Shown in pieces: positions 38,363 to 48,370 of a stretch of 64,000 bases of DNA. Numbering within the stretch: the stretch's first letter is position 1; each line of letters opens with the position of its first letter. The stretch spans positions 51,765 through 115,764 of the forward strand of contig CAWBTR010000009.1 of NCBI GenBank assembly GCA_963791735.1, in the 5' to 3' direction. The position numbers were made by a program, and so were the translations under genes. The notes under the pieces were generated by a model that was not told the DNA's origin, ran no database searches, and saw nothing but the letters and a program-made list of their open reading frames with translations. This stretch comes from an uncultured Acidobacteriaceae bacterium (GTDB taxonomy: Bacteria > Acidobacteriota > Terriglobia > Terriglobales > Acidobacteriaceae).

Positions 38363-38911
38363 CTACCCGCGCTTCACCAGCCACCTCTCCACCTCGGCCA
38401 GCGACTCCACCCTCACATAGTCTCCGCCACACTCCCCAGTTTCAGTCCCGGTAATCAAAAACGCCTGCCGCAGTCCCGCCGCGTTCGCCGCCCCTATATC
38501 GGAGCAGCGATCACCCACTAGAACGCTCTCGCTTAGCTCCACTCCAAACTCCCGGGCCCCGCGCCGCAGCATTCCTGTCCCCGGCTTTCTATCCTCGTGC
38601 TCCCGCTTGTACTTACCCACCCCGTGCTCCGGATGAAACGGACAGCAATACACTGCGTCCAACTCGACCCCTTCGGCACGCAACTCTGCCCGCATGAACT
38701 CCATCAGCGCCTCATAGTCTTCCTCTGAGTAATATCCGCGTGCGATTCCCGCCTGATTCGTCACCACAATCAGCCGGTACCCGAGCCCGGTCGCCGCCCT
38801 GCAGAGGGAGAATATCCCATCGACAAACCGCAGCTCGTCGGCCCGATGCAGATACCCCACCTCCTCATTCACTACTCCATCCCGATCAAGAAATAAAGCC
38901 CGCTCCCTCAT
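38363..38911 (-). CDS. HAD-IIIA phosphatase, D,D-heptose 1,7-bisphosphate phosphatase (GmhB)-like
   Basis: FLDRDGVVNEE, VVTNQAGIARG, CPFHPEH, DRKPGTGML, VGDRCSDIGAA. Start ATG 38911 overlaps the rfbD stop (ATGA). The typical GmhB CxC before RKP is not present, so substrate assignment is tentative. Confidence 0.65.
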   Translation of the reverse strand: MRERALFLDRDGVVNEEVGYLHRADELRFVDGIFSLCRAATGLGYRLIVVTNQAGIARGYYSEEDYEALMEFMRAELRAEGVELDAVYCCPFHPEHGVGKYKREHEDRKPGTGMLRRGAREFGVELSESVLVGDRCSDIGAANAAGLRQAFLITGTETGECGGDYVRVESLAEVERWLVKRG

Positions 38912-39834
38912 AGTTCCGCCGAGACCTTCCGCAACGAATCCTGCCAATCCATCATCTTCCACCCAAACCGCTCTGTTAACCGGCTGCAGTTCATCCGAGA
39001 GTTTGCCGGCCGCTTCGCTGGCGTTGGATATTCCGGGGTCGTAATCGCCTCAATCGCGGCAAATCGTACCTTCGGCTCCCTCTCCCGCCGCAACCCCACT
39101 GCTTCGGCAGCAAATCCATGCCATGTCGTCTCCCCTGCACCGGCCGAATGATAGACGCCTCCGGCGTCGGCCAAAACATCCGCAAGCTCCCGGCCTCGAG
39201 CCCCCGCCTCGCACTGTCCGATCACCTCGGCTGTCATCTTCGCGAGATCACGACTCCAGGTAGGCGCGCCATGTTGGTCGGCTACCACGCGCAACGTCTC
39301 CCGCTCGCGTGCCAGCTTCAATATTGTCAGCAGAAAATTCTTACCTCGCGCTCCATACACCCAGCTCGTCCGAAAAATAATATGACCTGCGCCACTCTCA
39401 GCCAGTGCCGTCTCCCCACCCAGTTTGCTCGCCCCGTAGACACTCACCGGCCCCGTAGCATCTGTCTCACGGTATGGTGCAATCCCAGAACCATCAAAAA
39501 CATAGTCGGTCGAAAAATGGATCACGCCGGCACTGATCGCCTTCGCCTCCTGCCCAATAACCCTCACGGCCTCCGCATTGATCGCATACGCCAACTCCGG
39601 CTCACTCTCCGCCTTATCCACCGCCGTGTACGCTCCCGGATTCACAATCCATCGCGGCTTGATCGCACGAATCGTCTCCCGCACCGAAGCCGCATTCGCC
39701 AGATCCATTGCCACGCGCGCCGGAGCGATCACTTCACCCAGCGGTTTCAGCACCTCCAACAGCTCCCCACCCACCTGCCCCGTAGCTCCCGTCAACAGTA
39801 TTCGTCCACCCTGAGGCAGAGCGCTTCGTACCAT
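38908..39834 (-). CDS. rfbD: dTDP-4-dehydrorhamnose reductase
   Basis: ILLTGATGQVGGEL, NPGAYTAVDKAESEPELAYAINA, HFSTDYVFDG, and a RmlD-type C-terminus PANSRMNCSRL. Confidence 0.9.
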   Translation of the reverse strand: MVRSALPQGGRILLTGATGQVGGELLEVLKPLGEVIAPARVAMDLANAASVRETIRAIKPRWIVNPGAYTAVDKAESEPELAYAINAEAVRVIGQEAKAISAGVIHFSTDYVFDGSGIAPYRETDATGPVSVYGASKLGGETALAESGAGHIIFRTSWVYGARGKNFLLTILKLARERETLRVVADQHGAPTWSRDLAKMTAEVIGQCEAGARGRELADVLADAGGVYHSAGAGETTWHGFAAEAVGLRREREPKVRFAAIEAITTPEYPTPAKRPANSRMNCSRLTERFGWKMMDWQDSLRKVSAEL

Positions 39835-40709
39835 CAGTACACCGTCTCTTCCAGCACCCGCAGCAAGTATTGCCCATATGTGCTCTTCGCAATCTTCGCT
39901 GCCAACGCCCGCAGTTGAGCCGCATTGATATAGCCCAGCCGATACACAATCTCTTCAGGACACGCCACCTTCAGACCCTGCCGTTTCTCCAGCGTATGGA
40001 TGAACATCGCCGCCTCCAACAGAGAGTCGTGCGTCCCGGTATCGAGCCAGGCTGTCCCTCGCCCCAGCAATTGCGTCCGCAGTTGTCCCCGCTCCAGATA
40101 CCACCGGTTCACATCAGTTATCTCCAGCTCGCCCCGCGGCGACGGCTTCAACCCCTCGGCTACGCTCACCACCTGTGCGTCGTAAAAATAAATCCCCGTT
40201 ACTGCATAGCGCGACTTCGGTTTCGCCGGCTTCTCTTCAATCGAGATCGCCTTTCGTTCGGCATCGAACTCCACCACCCCGTATCGCTCTGGATCGAGCA
40301 CCGGATAGGCGAACACCGTCGCTCCCGGTCCTCCCCCTGCCGCCTTTCGCAGTGTCTTCGCAAAATCCTGCCCATAGAAGATGTTGTCGCCCAGCACCAG
40401 GCAACAACCCTCTCCAGCCAGAAACTCCTTGCCGATCAGAAACGCCTGTGCCAATCCATCGGGCGACGGCTGCACTGCGTACTGTAGTTTGATACCCCAC
40501 TGCTCCCCATCGCCCAGCAGCTGCCTGAAGCGTGGCGTATCTTCCGGCGTCGAGATCACCAGAATCTCGCGTATCCCCGCCAGCAACAGGGCCGACAACG
40601 GATAGTAGATCATCGGCTTGTCATACACCGGCAATAGCTGCTTCGACACGGTCTGGGTCACCGGATGCAATCGTGTCCCCGAACCACCTGCAAGAATAAT
40701 TCCCTTCAC
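39834..40709 (-). CDS. rfbA: Glucose-1-phosphate thymidylyltransferase
   Basis: [55 protein letters not shown] place the start at GTG 40709, which overlaps the rfbB stop (GTGA). The listed ORF extends to 40853 inside rfbB. The stop overlaps the rfbD ATG by 1 nt. Confidence 0.95.
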   Translation of the reverse strand: MKGIILAGGSGTRLHPVTQTVSKQLLPVYDKPMIYYPLSALLLAGIREILVISTPEDTPRFRQLLGDGEQWGIKLQYAVQPSPDGLAQAFLIGKEFLAGEGCCLVLGDNIFYGQDFAKTLRKAAGGGPGATVFAYPVLDPERYGVVEFDAERKAISIEEKPAKPKSRYAVTGIYFYDAQVVSVAEGLKPSPRGELEITDVNRWYLERGQLRTQLLGRGTAWLDTGTHDSLLEAAMFIHTLEKRQGLKVACPEEIVYRLGYINAAQLRALAAKIAKSTYGQYLLRVLEETVY

Positions 40710-41872
40710 CGAGCACTCTCCCGGGCTGGAACGGTCGTGCGTTCCTCGACCGCAGCACTTGCAGCTTCGCGGCCCGCATAGTTCTGCGTCATCCAGTGTT
40801 GATACGCGCCGCTTGTTACGCCCTCCACCCATGCCGCGTTCGCCAGATACCACTCCACCGTCTTCCTCAAACCCGTTTCGAAACTCTCTTGCGCGCTCCA
40901 GCTGAGCTCACCCTCAAGTTTGCGCGCATCGATCGCATATCGCCGGTCGTGTCCCGGCCGGTCCGTCACATACTTCACGAGTTGCAGATGCGGCTTGAAC
41001 TTTGATTCCGGCACCAGCTCATCCAGCAGCGCGCACACCGTCGTCACCACCTCAAGATTGCTGCGCTGGTTTCCACCACCGACGTTATACGTCTCGCCTA
41101 TACGCCCCCGTTCCAGCACTGTCCGCAAAGCCCGGCAGTGATCCGCCACATACAGCCAGTCCCGCACCTGCTGCCCATCTCCGTACACCGGCAATGCCTT
41201 GCCTTGCAGCGCATTCGCAATCATTAGCGGGATCAGCTTCTCTGGAAACTGATATGGCCCATAGTTGTTCGAGCAGTTCGTAACAACCGCCGGCAACCCA
41301 TACGTATGGACCCACGCCCGGACCAAGTGATCTGACGACGCCTTTGACGCCGCATACGGACTGTTCGGCGCATACGGCGTCTCTTCATGAAACGCGGGCG
41401 CCTCCGGAGTCAGCGTGCCGTACACCTCATCGGTCGACACGTGCAGAAACCGGAACCTTTGCCGCTCTTTATCCGGCAGCGACTCATAATACTCACGCGC
41501 CGCGCGCAGCAGGGTAAAGGTCCCATCAATATTTGCCCGCAAAAACGCCTCTGGACCCACAATCGAGCGGTCGACATGGCTCTCTGCCGCAAAATGGATG
41601 ACTGCCCGAGGCCTGTGCTCTCGCAACAACCGGGTCACCAGTTCGCCGTCGCAGATATCGCCATGGACAAACGTATACGCCGGACTAGCCGCCACAGAAG
41701 CCAGGTTGGCCGGATTTCCCGCATATGTCAGCTTATCCAGATTGACCACGGGTCCACCACCCGCCGCCAGCCAGTCAAGAACAAAGTTGGAGCCGATAAA
41801 GCCAGCACCGCCGGTTACGAGAATGGAATCCGCGCCATTGCCAGCCTTTTCTACTGTCTGATTCAATTTCAT
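40706..41872 (-). CDS. rfbB: dTDP-glucose 4,6-dehydratase
   Basis: [61 protein letters not shown]. Confidence 0.95.
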   Translation of the reverse strand: MKLNQTVEKAGNGADSILVTGGAGFIGSNFVLDWLAAGGGPVVNLDKLTYAGNPANLASVAASPAYTFVHGDICDGELVTRLLREHRPRAVIHFAAESHVDRSIVGPEAFLRANIDGTFTLLRAAREYYESLPDKERQRFRFLHVSTDEVYGTLTPEAPAFHEETPYAPNSPYAASKASSDHLVRAWVHTYGLPAVVTNCSNNYGPYQFPEKLIPLMIANALQGKALPVYGDGQQVRDWLYVADHCRALRTVLERGRIGETYNVGGGNQRSNLEVVTTVCALLDELVPESKFKPHLQLVKYVTDRPGHDRRYAIDARKLEGELSWSAQESFETGLRKTVEWYLANAAWVEGVTSGAYQHWMTQNYAGREAASAAVEERTTVPARESAR

Positions 41873-42111
41873 TCGCTAACTGACCCTCCCGAAGCCACAT
41901 AGAGCCGATGCACGACTGCCAGGTTCCGTCAGGATTGGGAGTGCTGCACAAGCCTGACAAAACCCCTCAACCATAGAGTCGCGCACAGTGTCGAAACTCC
42001 CCGACACTTCTCTGAACTCTACAACAATTTGCAGACAAGGAGCAGCATCCCTCCGCATCTGAGGATGCCAACACAACTCCGGGCAATACGCGGGAAAACT
42101 AAAGGTTGTTA

Positions 42112-42666
42112 TTAGTGAAAGCGATAAGCGGCGCCGATGCTAAAGAGCTTGGGAGTAAGACCGTTGGGCGGAAAACTTAACCATTGCTGATATTCGTACT
42201 CGGCCCTTACATTGAACCGCGGTACCACGTGGTAGTCGATACCACCGCCGATAGCGATGATGTTGTAGGCCAGGTTGGCGGCGGGTCCGATCTTCGGATC
42301 ACCATTTACGGGTGGGTAGTTAAAAACTCCTCGTCCATACATGAGCTTCGCGTAGGGCGCCCAACGCCCGTAGCGAAGAACATATCGAGGTCCGATTTCA
42401 TACGTGCGTTCGTAGATGCCTTCTGTCGCATTCGGATCGTTGACCTGGTGAAACTCCCCCTCAATACCGACGTGATATTTGAAATCGAACGTTGTATAAA
42501 AACCGTATCCTTTGAAGGTCTCCGGCCTGTAATCAGGACTCACCAGATTGAACATGGCGCCGATCTGTAGATCTCCAGCGCGCGATGCTGTGGGACTGGC
42601 CTGGCCGTAGAGCCGCGAGACTGTGAGACTGACAAGGCAGATCGACATTAAAATTTTTAGTCGCAC
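42112..42666 (-). CDS. Small outer-membrane beta-barrel protein (OmpW/OmpX-size porin-family)
   Basis: Signal peptide MRLKILMSICLVSLTVSRLYGQA. Alternating aromatic/Gly strands and a C-terminal ...FSIGAAYRFH. It lies 82 nt downstream of the giant repeat gene on the same strand. Confidence 0.6.
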   Translation of the reverse strand: MRLKILMSICLVSLTVSRLYGQASPTASRAGDLQIGAMFNLVSPDYRPETFKGYGFYTTFDFKYHVGIEGEFHQVNDPNATEGIYERTYEIGPRYVLRYGRWAPYAKLMYGRGVFNYPPVNGDPKIGPAANLAYNIIAIGGGIDYHVVPRFNVRAEYEYQQWLSFPPNGLTPKLFSIGAAYRFH

Positions 42667-42748
42667 TGGAACTCTCCTAAAACACGTGCAGGCCTTCGAA
42701 CATTGAATCGTTTCTGATGCTTCGCTGTTTTACTGATCATTGCGGTCC

Positions 42749-44746
42749 TTACTGTGGCGACTGGTCGATGTGGAAGTCGACGACGACGGAGTGTTGAATA
42801 CCATTGCTCGTTGCAGTAATGGTGATCGGATAAGTGTGATCGAAGTACCCGCTTCCGCAGCCCGTCATGGTGCCAATGGCTCCAAGTGACAACAGCAGCA
42901 GCACCGAGTTTGTAATAATGCGTGCCAGTTTTTTACTCGTGCGACGGGAGTACCGAAGGCCCAGAAGAGGCAGCAGGAACAAGCCAAGTGCCACGTGCGA
43001 AAGTTTGCTCGACAGATCCTCATTCGAGGCAAGCTTGCGCGTCGCCACGGTGAGAACGATGTCCGCCGGACCACCAGTCTTCGATACCGTTGCCGGCGAG
43101 AAAGTGTAGGTGCTGAGCAGAGGACCGTTATCGTTTGTTGTGAACTGCACATCTCCCGGATAAGTGCCACCAATCGGAGCAATATGCAGAGTGAACTGCC
43201 GCGTGGTGCCGTACGTTCCCTCGACGGTGCCCGCGCTGGTGACCTGGAGGCTGAAGTCCAGGGGGGTGATGACGATGGTGTTCGCGCCGGTAGCTGCGGA
43301 AGCTGTGTTCGGGGCGAAGTCAGTATCTCCACTGTAGACCGCAACGATAACGTGTGTTCCGACCGAAAGCCCGGCGGAGGTAAAGGTCGCAACCCCGTTA
43401 GACAAAGTTGCCGATCCGATAATGTTTCCATTGTCGAGGAACTTGATGGTTCCAGTCGGGACGCCAGTGGTGCTTGAGGCCACGGTCGCTGTCATCGTGA
43501 CGTTTAGGCCGTATGCGATAGAAGACGCGCTGAGCGTAGTCGTGATGAGCGCGGGTGCCTGCGTAACCGTCAGCGTTCCGTTCTGCACCACCTGGATGTA
43601 GTCGCTGAGGTTGGCTCCGGAAGCGGTGGGGACAATTGGGTACTGACCCGGGTCAGAGGAGATGGTCGCAGTGTTGGCGAAGGTTTCGGTAAAGACGTCA
43701 CCATTCTCGGCGCCAGTGATGCTGCCTTGGAATACCGGGTTCGCTACACCGTAGAGGCGAGTGTAGCTATTAGCGGAGATCGTGAGAGTCGCCTGCGAGA
43801 CAGTGATTGGAACAACCTTGGTCGCAGAGGTGTAGTTCGCCGTATCGGTCGGGGTAAAGGTAACGGACAACTGCTTCGTACCGACCATGAGGACGGTTCC
43901 GGCCGCAGGGCTGTAGACGAAGGTGCCGTCCAATGGGGTGGTTCCATTCAACTGATAGGCAGCGGCGTCCAACTGAGTGGAGCTCAGCGGAGTTCCGTAG
44001 AGGATAGTCGCGGGATTCGGCCAGGTGAGGATCGGAGTGGTCTGGTTGACGGTCAACTGCACGGTCTTGGTGACGGAGGTGTAGTCGGTGGTGTCGGTCG
44101 GGGTAAAGGTGACCGAGAGCGTATCGACTCCTGCTGTTGGCACGCTGCCTGCGGCCGGAGTGTAAGCGAATGACCCAGCGACAGGAGCGGTAGCGTCGAG
44201 TTGTGCACTGGTGAGAGGTGTTCCGTACGAGACGCTCGTGGGAGTGGCCCATGTGATCGTGGGGGTGGCCTGCCCGACGGTCAACTGTACTGTCTTGGTG
44301 GCCGTCGTGTAGTTGACTGTGTCGGTCGGGGTGAAGGTGACGGTGAGGCTATCGGTACCAGCAGTGAGCACGCTGCCTGCGGCTGGGGTATACACGAACG
44401 ACCCAGCGACCGGCGTGGTCGCGTCGAGTTGTGCACCGGAGAGGACGGTTCCATAGGTGATGCCTGCAGGAGTGGCCCAGGTAATCGTGGGTGTAGCCTG
44501 ACTGACGATCAACTGCACGGTCGCGGTAGCTGTTGTGTAGTCGGTCGTATCAGTCGGCGTGAAGGTGACCGATAGCGTATCGGTACCGGCGGTCGGAACG
44601 CTGCCCGCCGCTGGAGTATAGGCGAACGAGCCTGGAACGGACGCGGTCGCATTGAGTTGCGTCGCGGAGAGCGCTGTGCCGTAGACGATGCTCGCCGGAT
44701 TGGACCAGGTGATCGTCGGCGTAGCCTCGGCGACGGTTAGTTGCAC
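42749..44746 (-). CDS. Giant adhesin-like repeat protein, C-terminal segment
   Basis: Four ~81-aa ITW..YGT..QL.AT...TFTPTDT..Y repeats, one MBG-type unit (SANSYTRLYGVANPVFQGSITGAENGDVF...), two Ig-like domains (TGTIKFLDNGNIIGSATLSNGVATF...), then two hydrophobic segments and a short tail. There is no independent start context: the upstream frame continues the same repeat. Confidence 0.8.
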   Translation of the reverse strand: MQLTVAEATPTITWSNPASIVYGTALSATQLNATASVPGSFAYTPAAGSVPTAGTDTLSVTFTPTDTTDYTTATATVQLIVSQATPTITWATPAGITYGTVLSGAQLDATTPVAGSFVYTPAAGSVLTAGTDSLTVTFTPTDTVNYTTATKTVQLTVGQATPTITWATPTSVSYGTPLTSAQLDATAPVAGSFAYTPAAGSVPTAGVDTLSVTFTPTDTTDYTSVTKTVQLTVNQTTPILTWPNPATILYGTPLSSTQLDAAAYQLNGTTPLDGTFVYSPAAGTVLMVGTKQLSVTFTPTDTANYTSATKVVPITVSQATLTISANSYTRLYGVANPVFQGSITGAENGDVFTETFANTATISSDPGQYPIVPTASGANLSDYIQVVQNGTLTVTQAPALITTTLSASSIAYGLNVTMTATVASSTTGVPTGTIKFLDNGNIIGSATLSNGVATFTSAGLSVGTHVIVAVYSGDTDFAPNTASAATGANTIVITPLDFSLQVTSAGTVEGTYGTTRQFTLHIAPIGGTYPGDVQFTTNDNGPLLSTYTFSPATVSKTGGPADIVLTVATRKLASNEDLSSKLSHVALGLFLLPLLGLRYSRRTSKKLARIITNSVLLLLSLGAIGTMTGCGSGYFDHTYPITITATSNGIQHSVVVDFHIDQSPQ

Positions 44747-47700
44747 CGTTTTGGTGACGGTGGAGTAGTTGGTCGTGTCGGTCGGCGTAAAGGTTACCGA
44801 GAGAGTATCGGTGCCAGCCGTCGGGACATTGCCTAAAGCAGGGGTGTAGACAAATGTTCCGGCAACGGATGCTGTCGCATCGAGCTGCGTCGTTGGAGAG
44901 CGCGGTTCCGTAGGTGATGCCGGCGGGAGCGGCCCAGGTGATTACTGGGGCAGCCTGGCTGACGACCAGCGAAACAGTCTTGGTGACTGTGGAGTAGTCG
45001 GTCGTATCAGTCGGGGTAAACGTGACTGAGAGGGTGTCGGTACCGGCGGTTGGAACACTGCCCAGGGCGGGAGTGTAGACGAATGTGCCTGCAACAGACG
45101 CAGTCGCGTCGAGCTGCGTCGCAGAGAGCGCCGTTCCGTAGGTGATACCTGCAGGAGGAGCCCAGGTGATCACCGGGGCCGCCTGGCTGACGACCAGTTG
45201 CACGGTCTTGCTGGCGCTGGTGTAGTCGGTCGTGTCGGTCGGGGTGAAAGTGACCGAAAGCACATCGGTACCGGCAGCTGGAACGCTACCGGCAGCGGGC
45301 GTGTAGGCAAATGTGCCCGCTACAGAAGAGGTGGCGTTGAGCTGCGTTGCGGAGAGTGCGGTTCCGTAGGTGATACCAGCCGGAGTGGCCCACGTGATGA
45401 CCGGAGTGGCCTGGCTGACGGTGATCTGCACGGTCTTGGAGATGCTCGTGTAGTCGGTGGTGTCGGTCGGGGTGAAGGTGACCGAGAGTGTGTCGGTGCC
45501 AGCCGCGGGGATACTGCCAGGGCAGGAGTATAGGTGAATGAGCCGGCGACCGAAGCTGTCGCATTCAACTGGGTTGCGGAGAGCGCAGTGCCGTAGACGA
45601 TGCCGGCCGGGTTGTTCCACGTAATCACCGGAGTGGCCTGGGTGACGGTGATCTGCACCGTCTTGGTGACGGTGGAGTAGTCAGTGGTATCGGTCGGCGT
45701 GAAGGTGACTGAAAGCGTGTCAGTTCCCGCGGTTGGGATGCTGCCAGCTGCAGGCGTGTAGACGAAGGAGCCTGCAACCGAAGCAGTGGCATTGAGCTGA
45801 GCGCCAGAGAGCGCAGTGCCGTAGACGATGCCTAGCCGGGTTATTCCACGTGATCACCGGAGCAGCCTGCGAAACGATGAGCTGGACGGTTGCGGTGGCC
45901 GTGGAGTAGTTGGTGGTGTCGGTCGGAGTAAAGGTGACCGAGAGCGTATCCGTGCCAGCTGTCGGAACGGTGCCAGCGGCAGGCGTATAGACGAGAGTGC
46001 CCGGTACAGAGGCAGACGCATTCAGCTGAGTAGCGGAGAGTGCCGTGCCGTAGACGATGCTCGCCGGGGTTGTTCCAGGTAATCACAGGTGCAGCTTGAG
46101 TGACGGTCAACGTGACGGTCTTGGTGACACTCGTGTAGTCGGTCGTGTCGGTCGGGGTGAACGTGACCGAGAGCGTATCCGTGCCGGCAACAGGGATCGT
46201 ACCGGCGGCAGGCGTATAGGCGAACGTGCCGGCAACCGAAGCCGTCGCGTTGAGCTGTGTGGCCGAGAGAGCAGTACCGTAGACGATGCTCGCCGGGTTA
46301 TTCCAGGTGATCACCGGTGCAGCTTGAGTGACGGTCAGCTGACGGTCTTGGTGGCGGTAGTGTAGTCGGTCGTATCGGTCGGGGTGAAGGTAACCGAGAG
46401 GGTGTCGGTGCCAGCGGCGGGGATACTACCAAGGGCAGGAGTATAGGCAAACGTACCGGCGACCGAGGCAGTCGCATTGAGCTGAGTCGCCGAGAGCGCC
46501 GTTCCGTAGGTGATGCTCGCCGGGTTATTCCAGGTGATTACCGGGGCGGCTTGGGTGACGGTGATCTGCACCGTCTTGGTCACAGTGGTGTAGTCAGTCG
46601 TATCGGTCGGAGTGAACGTGACCGAGAGTGTGTCAGTGCCAGCGGCTGGGATGCTGCCAGGGCAGGAGTGTAGACAAATGTACCGGCGACCGAGGCAGTT
46701 GCGTTGAGCTGAGTAGCGGAGAGCGCGGTGCCGTAGACGATGCCTGCCGGGTTATTCCAGGTGATCACCGGAGCAGCCTGCGTAACCGTAAGCTGGACGG
46801 TTACGGTGACTGTGGAGTAGTCGGTGGTGTCGGTCGGAGTGAAGGTCACCGAGAGGGTATCGGTGCCGGCAGCAGGGACAGTACCAGCGGCAGGCGTATA
46901 GACGAGAGTGCCGGCAACAGACGCAGACGCATTAAGCTGAGTGGCGGAGAGTGCGGTGCCATAGGTGATGGCAGCCGGAGGAGCCCAGGTAATGACAGGA
47001 GCAGCCTGAGTGACGGTCAACGTGACCGTCTTGGTGACACTGGTGTAGTCGGTGGTGTCGGTCGGGGTGAAGGTGACCGAAAGAGTGTCGGTGCCGGCGG
47101 CGGAGTCGTGCCCGCTGCCGGCGTATAGACGAACGTGCCGCGTACCGAAGCCGTCGCGTTCAGCTGAGTTGCTGAAAGCGCGGTCCCGTAGACGATATTC
47201 GCCGGGTTATTCCAGGTGATCACCGGAGCAGCTTGGGTGACGGTGAACTGTACCGTCTTGGTGACACTGGTGTAGTCCGTGGTGTCGGTCGGGGTGAAGG
47301 TCACCGAGAGCGTATCGGTGCCGGTCGCCGGAGTCGTGCCCGCTGCCGGCGTATACGCAAACGAGCCGCCCACCGAGGCCGTCGCGTTCAACTGCGTTGC
47401 CGAGAGCGTGGTCCCGTAGACGATATTCGCCGGGTTATTCCAGGTGATCACCGGAACGGCCTGGGTGACGGTGATCTGCACCGTCTTGGTGACACTGGTG
47501 TAGTCGGTGGTGTCGGTCGGGGTGAAGGTCACCGACAAGGTATCGGTGCCGGTCGCCGGAGTCGTGCCCGCTGCAGGCGTATAGGCGAACGTGCCGCCCA
47601 CCGAAGCCGTCGCGTTCAACTGCGTTGCCGACAGCGTGGTCCCGAAGGGGATGCTGGCCGGGTTGTTCCAGGTGATGACAGGAGCGGCCTGGGTGACGGT

Positions 47701-48370
47701 GAACTGACCGTCTTGGTGACACTCGTGTAGTCGGTGGTGTCGGTCGGGGTAAAGGTAACCGAGAGCGTATCGGTGCCGGTCGCCGGAGTCGTACCCGCAG
47801 CCGGGGAGTAGGCGAACGAGCCGGCAACCGAGGCCGTCGCGTTGAGCTGCGTTGCGGAGAGCGTAGTTCCGTAGGGGATGCTCGCCGGGTTGTTCCAGGT
47901 GATCACCGGAACGGCCTGCGTAACAACGATCTGTACCGTCTTGGTGACCCTGGTGTAGTCGGTGGTGTCGGTCGGGGTGAACGTGACCGAGAGAGTGTCG
48001 GTGCCGGTCGGCAGGAGACGTGCCCGCTGCAGGCGTGTAGACCAGAGTGCCGGCTACAGACGCAGTAGCATTCAACTGAGTGGCAGAGAGCGCGGTTCCG
48101 TAGGTGATGCTCGCCGGGTTATTCCAGGTGATGACAGGTGCGCCTGTGTTACAGACAGCTGCACGGTCTGGGTGACTGTCGTGTAGTCGGTGGTGTCGGT
48201 CGGGGTAAACGTAACCGAGAGCGTATCGGTACCGGCAGAGGGCTCCGTACCCGCCGCCGGCGAGTAAACGAACGTGCCGGCGACCGAAGCCGTTGCGTTC
48301 AACTGCGTCGCCGAGAGCAGGGTGCCATAGGGGACCCCGGCAGGGTTCGTCCAGGTGATGGTGGGAGTTG
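43795..48370 (-). repeat. About 19 tandem ~243-bp (81-aa) ITW..YGT..QLNAT..TFTPTDTTDY coding repeats
   Basis: Unit consensus QA.PVITWNNPA.I.YGTALSATQLNATASVAGTF.YTPAAGT.PA.GTDTLSVTFTPTDTTDYTSVTKTVQ.TVT, read across frames. (48370-43795)/243 is about 19. Resembles the Pfam MBG 'YGX type' as I remember it. Confidence 0.8.
44550..48075 (-). pseudogene. Frame-interrupted part of the giant repeat gene (about 14 units of the 243-bp repeat, about 10 frame changes)
   Basis: ORFs 47017..48075, 47616..47906, 46580..47020, 46335..46583, 45841..46314, 45320..45658 and 44550..45620 each contain stretches of the same repeat consensus. These alternate with its out-of-frame readings (e.g. DRHRHSLGHVHPDRHHRLH is the shifted reading of TDTLSVTFTPTDTTDY). 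Confidence 0.75.

Noticed and set aside
40710-40853. N-terminal 48-codon extension of rfbA (ATG 40853)
   Set aside because: It lies inside rfbB. The canonical [14 protein letters not shown]-terminus begins at GTG 40709, which forms a GTGA overlap with the rfbB stop.
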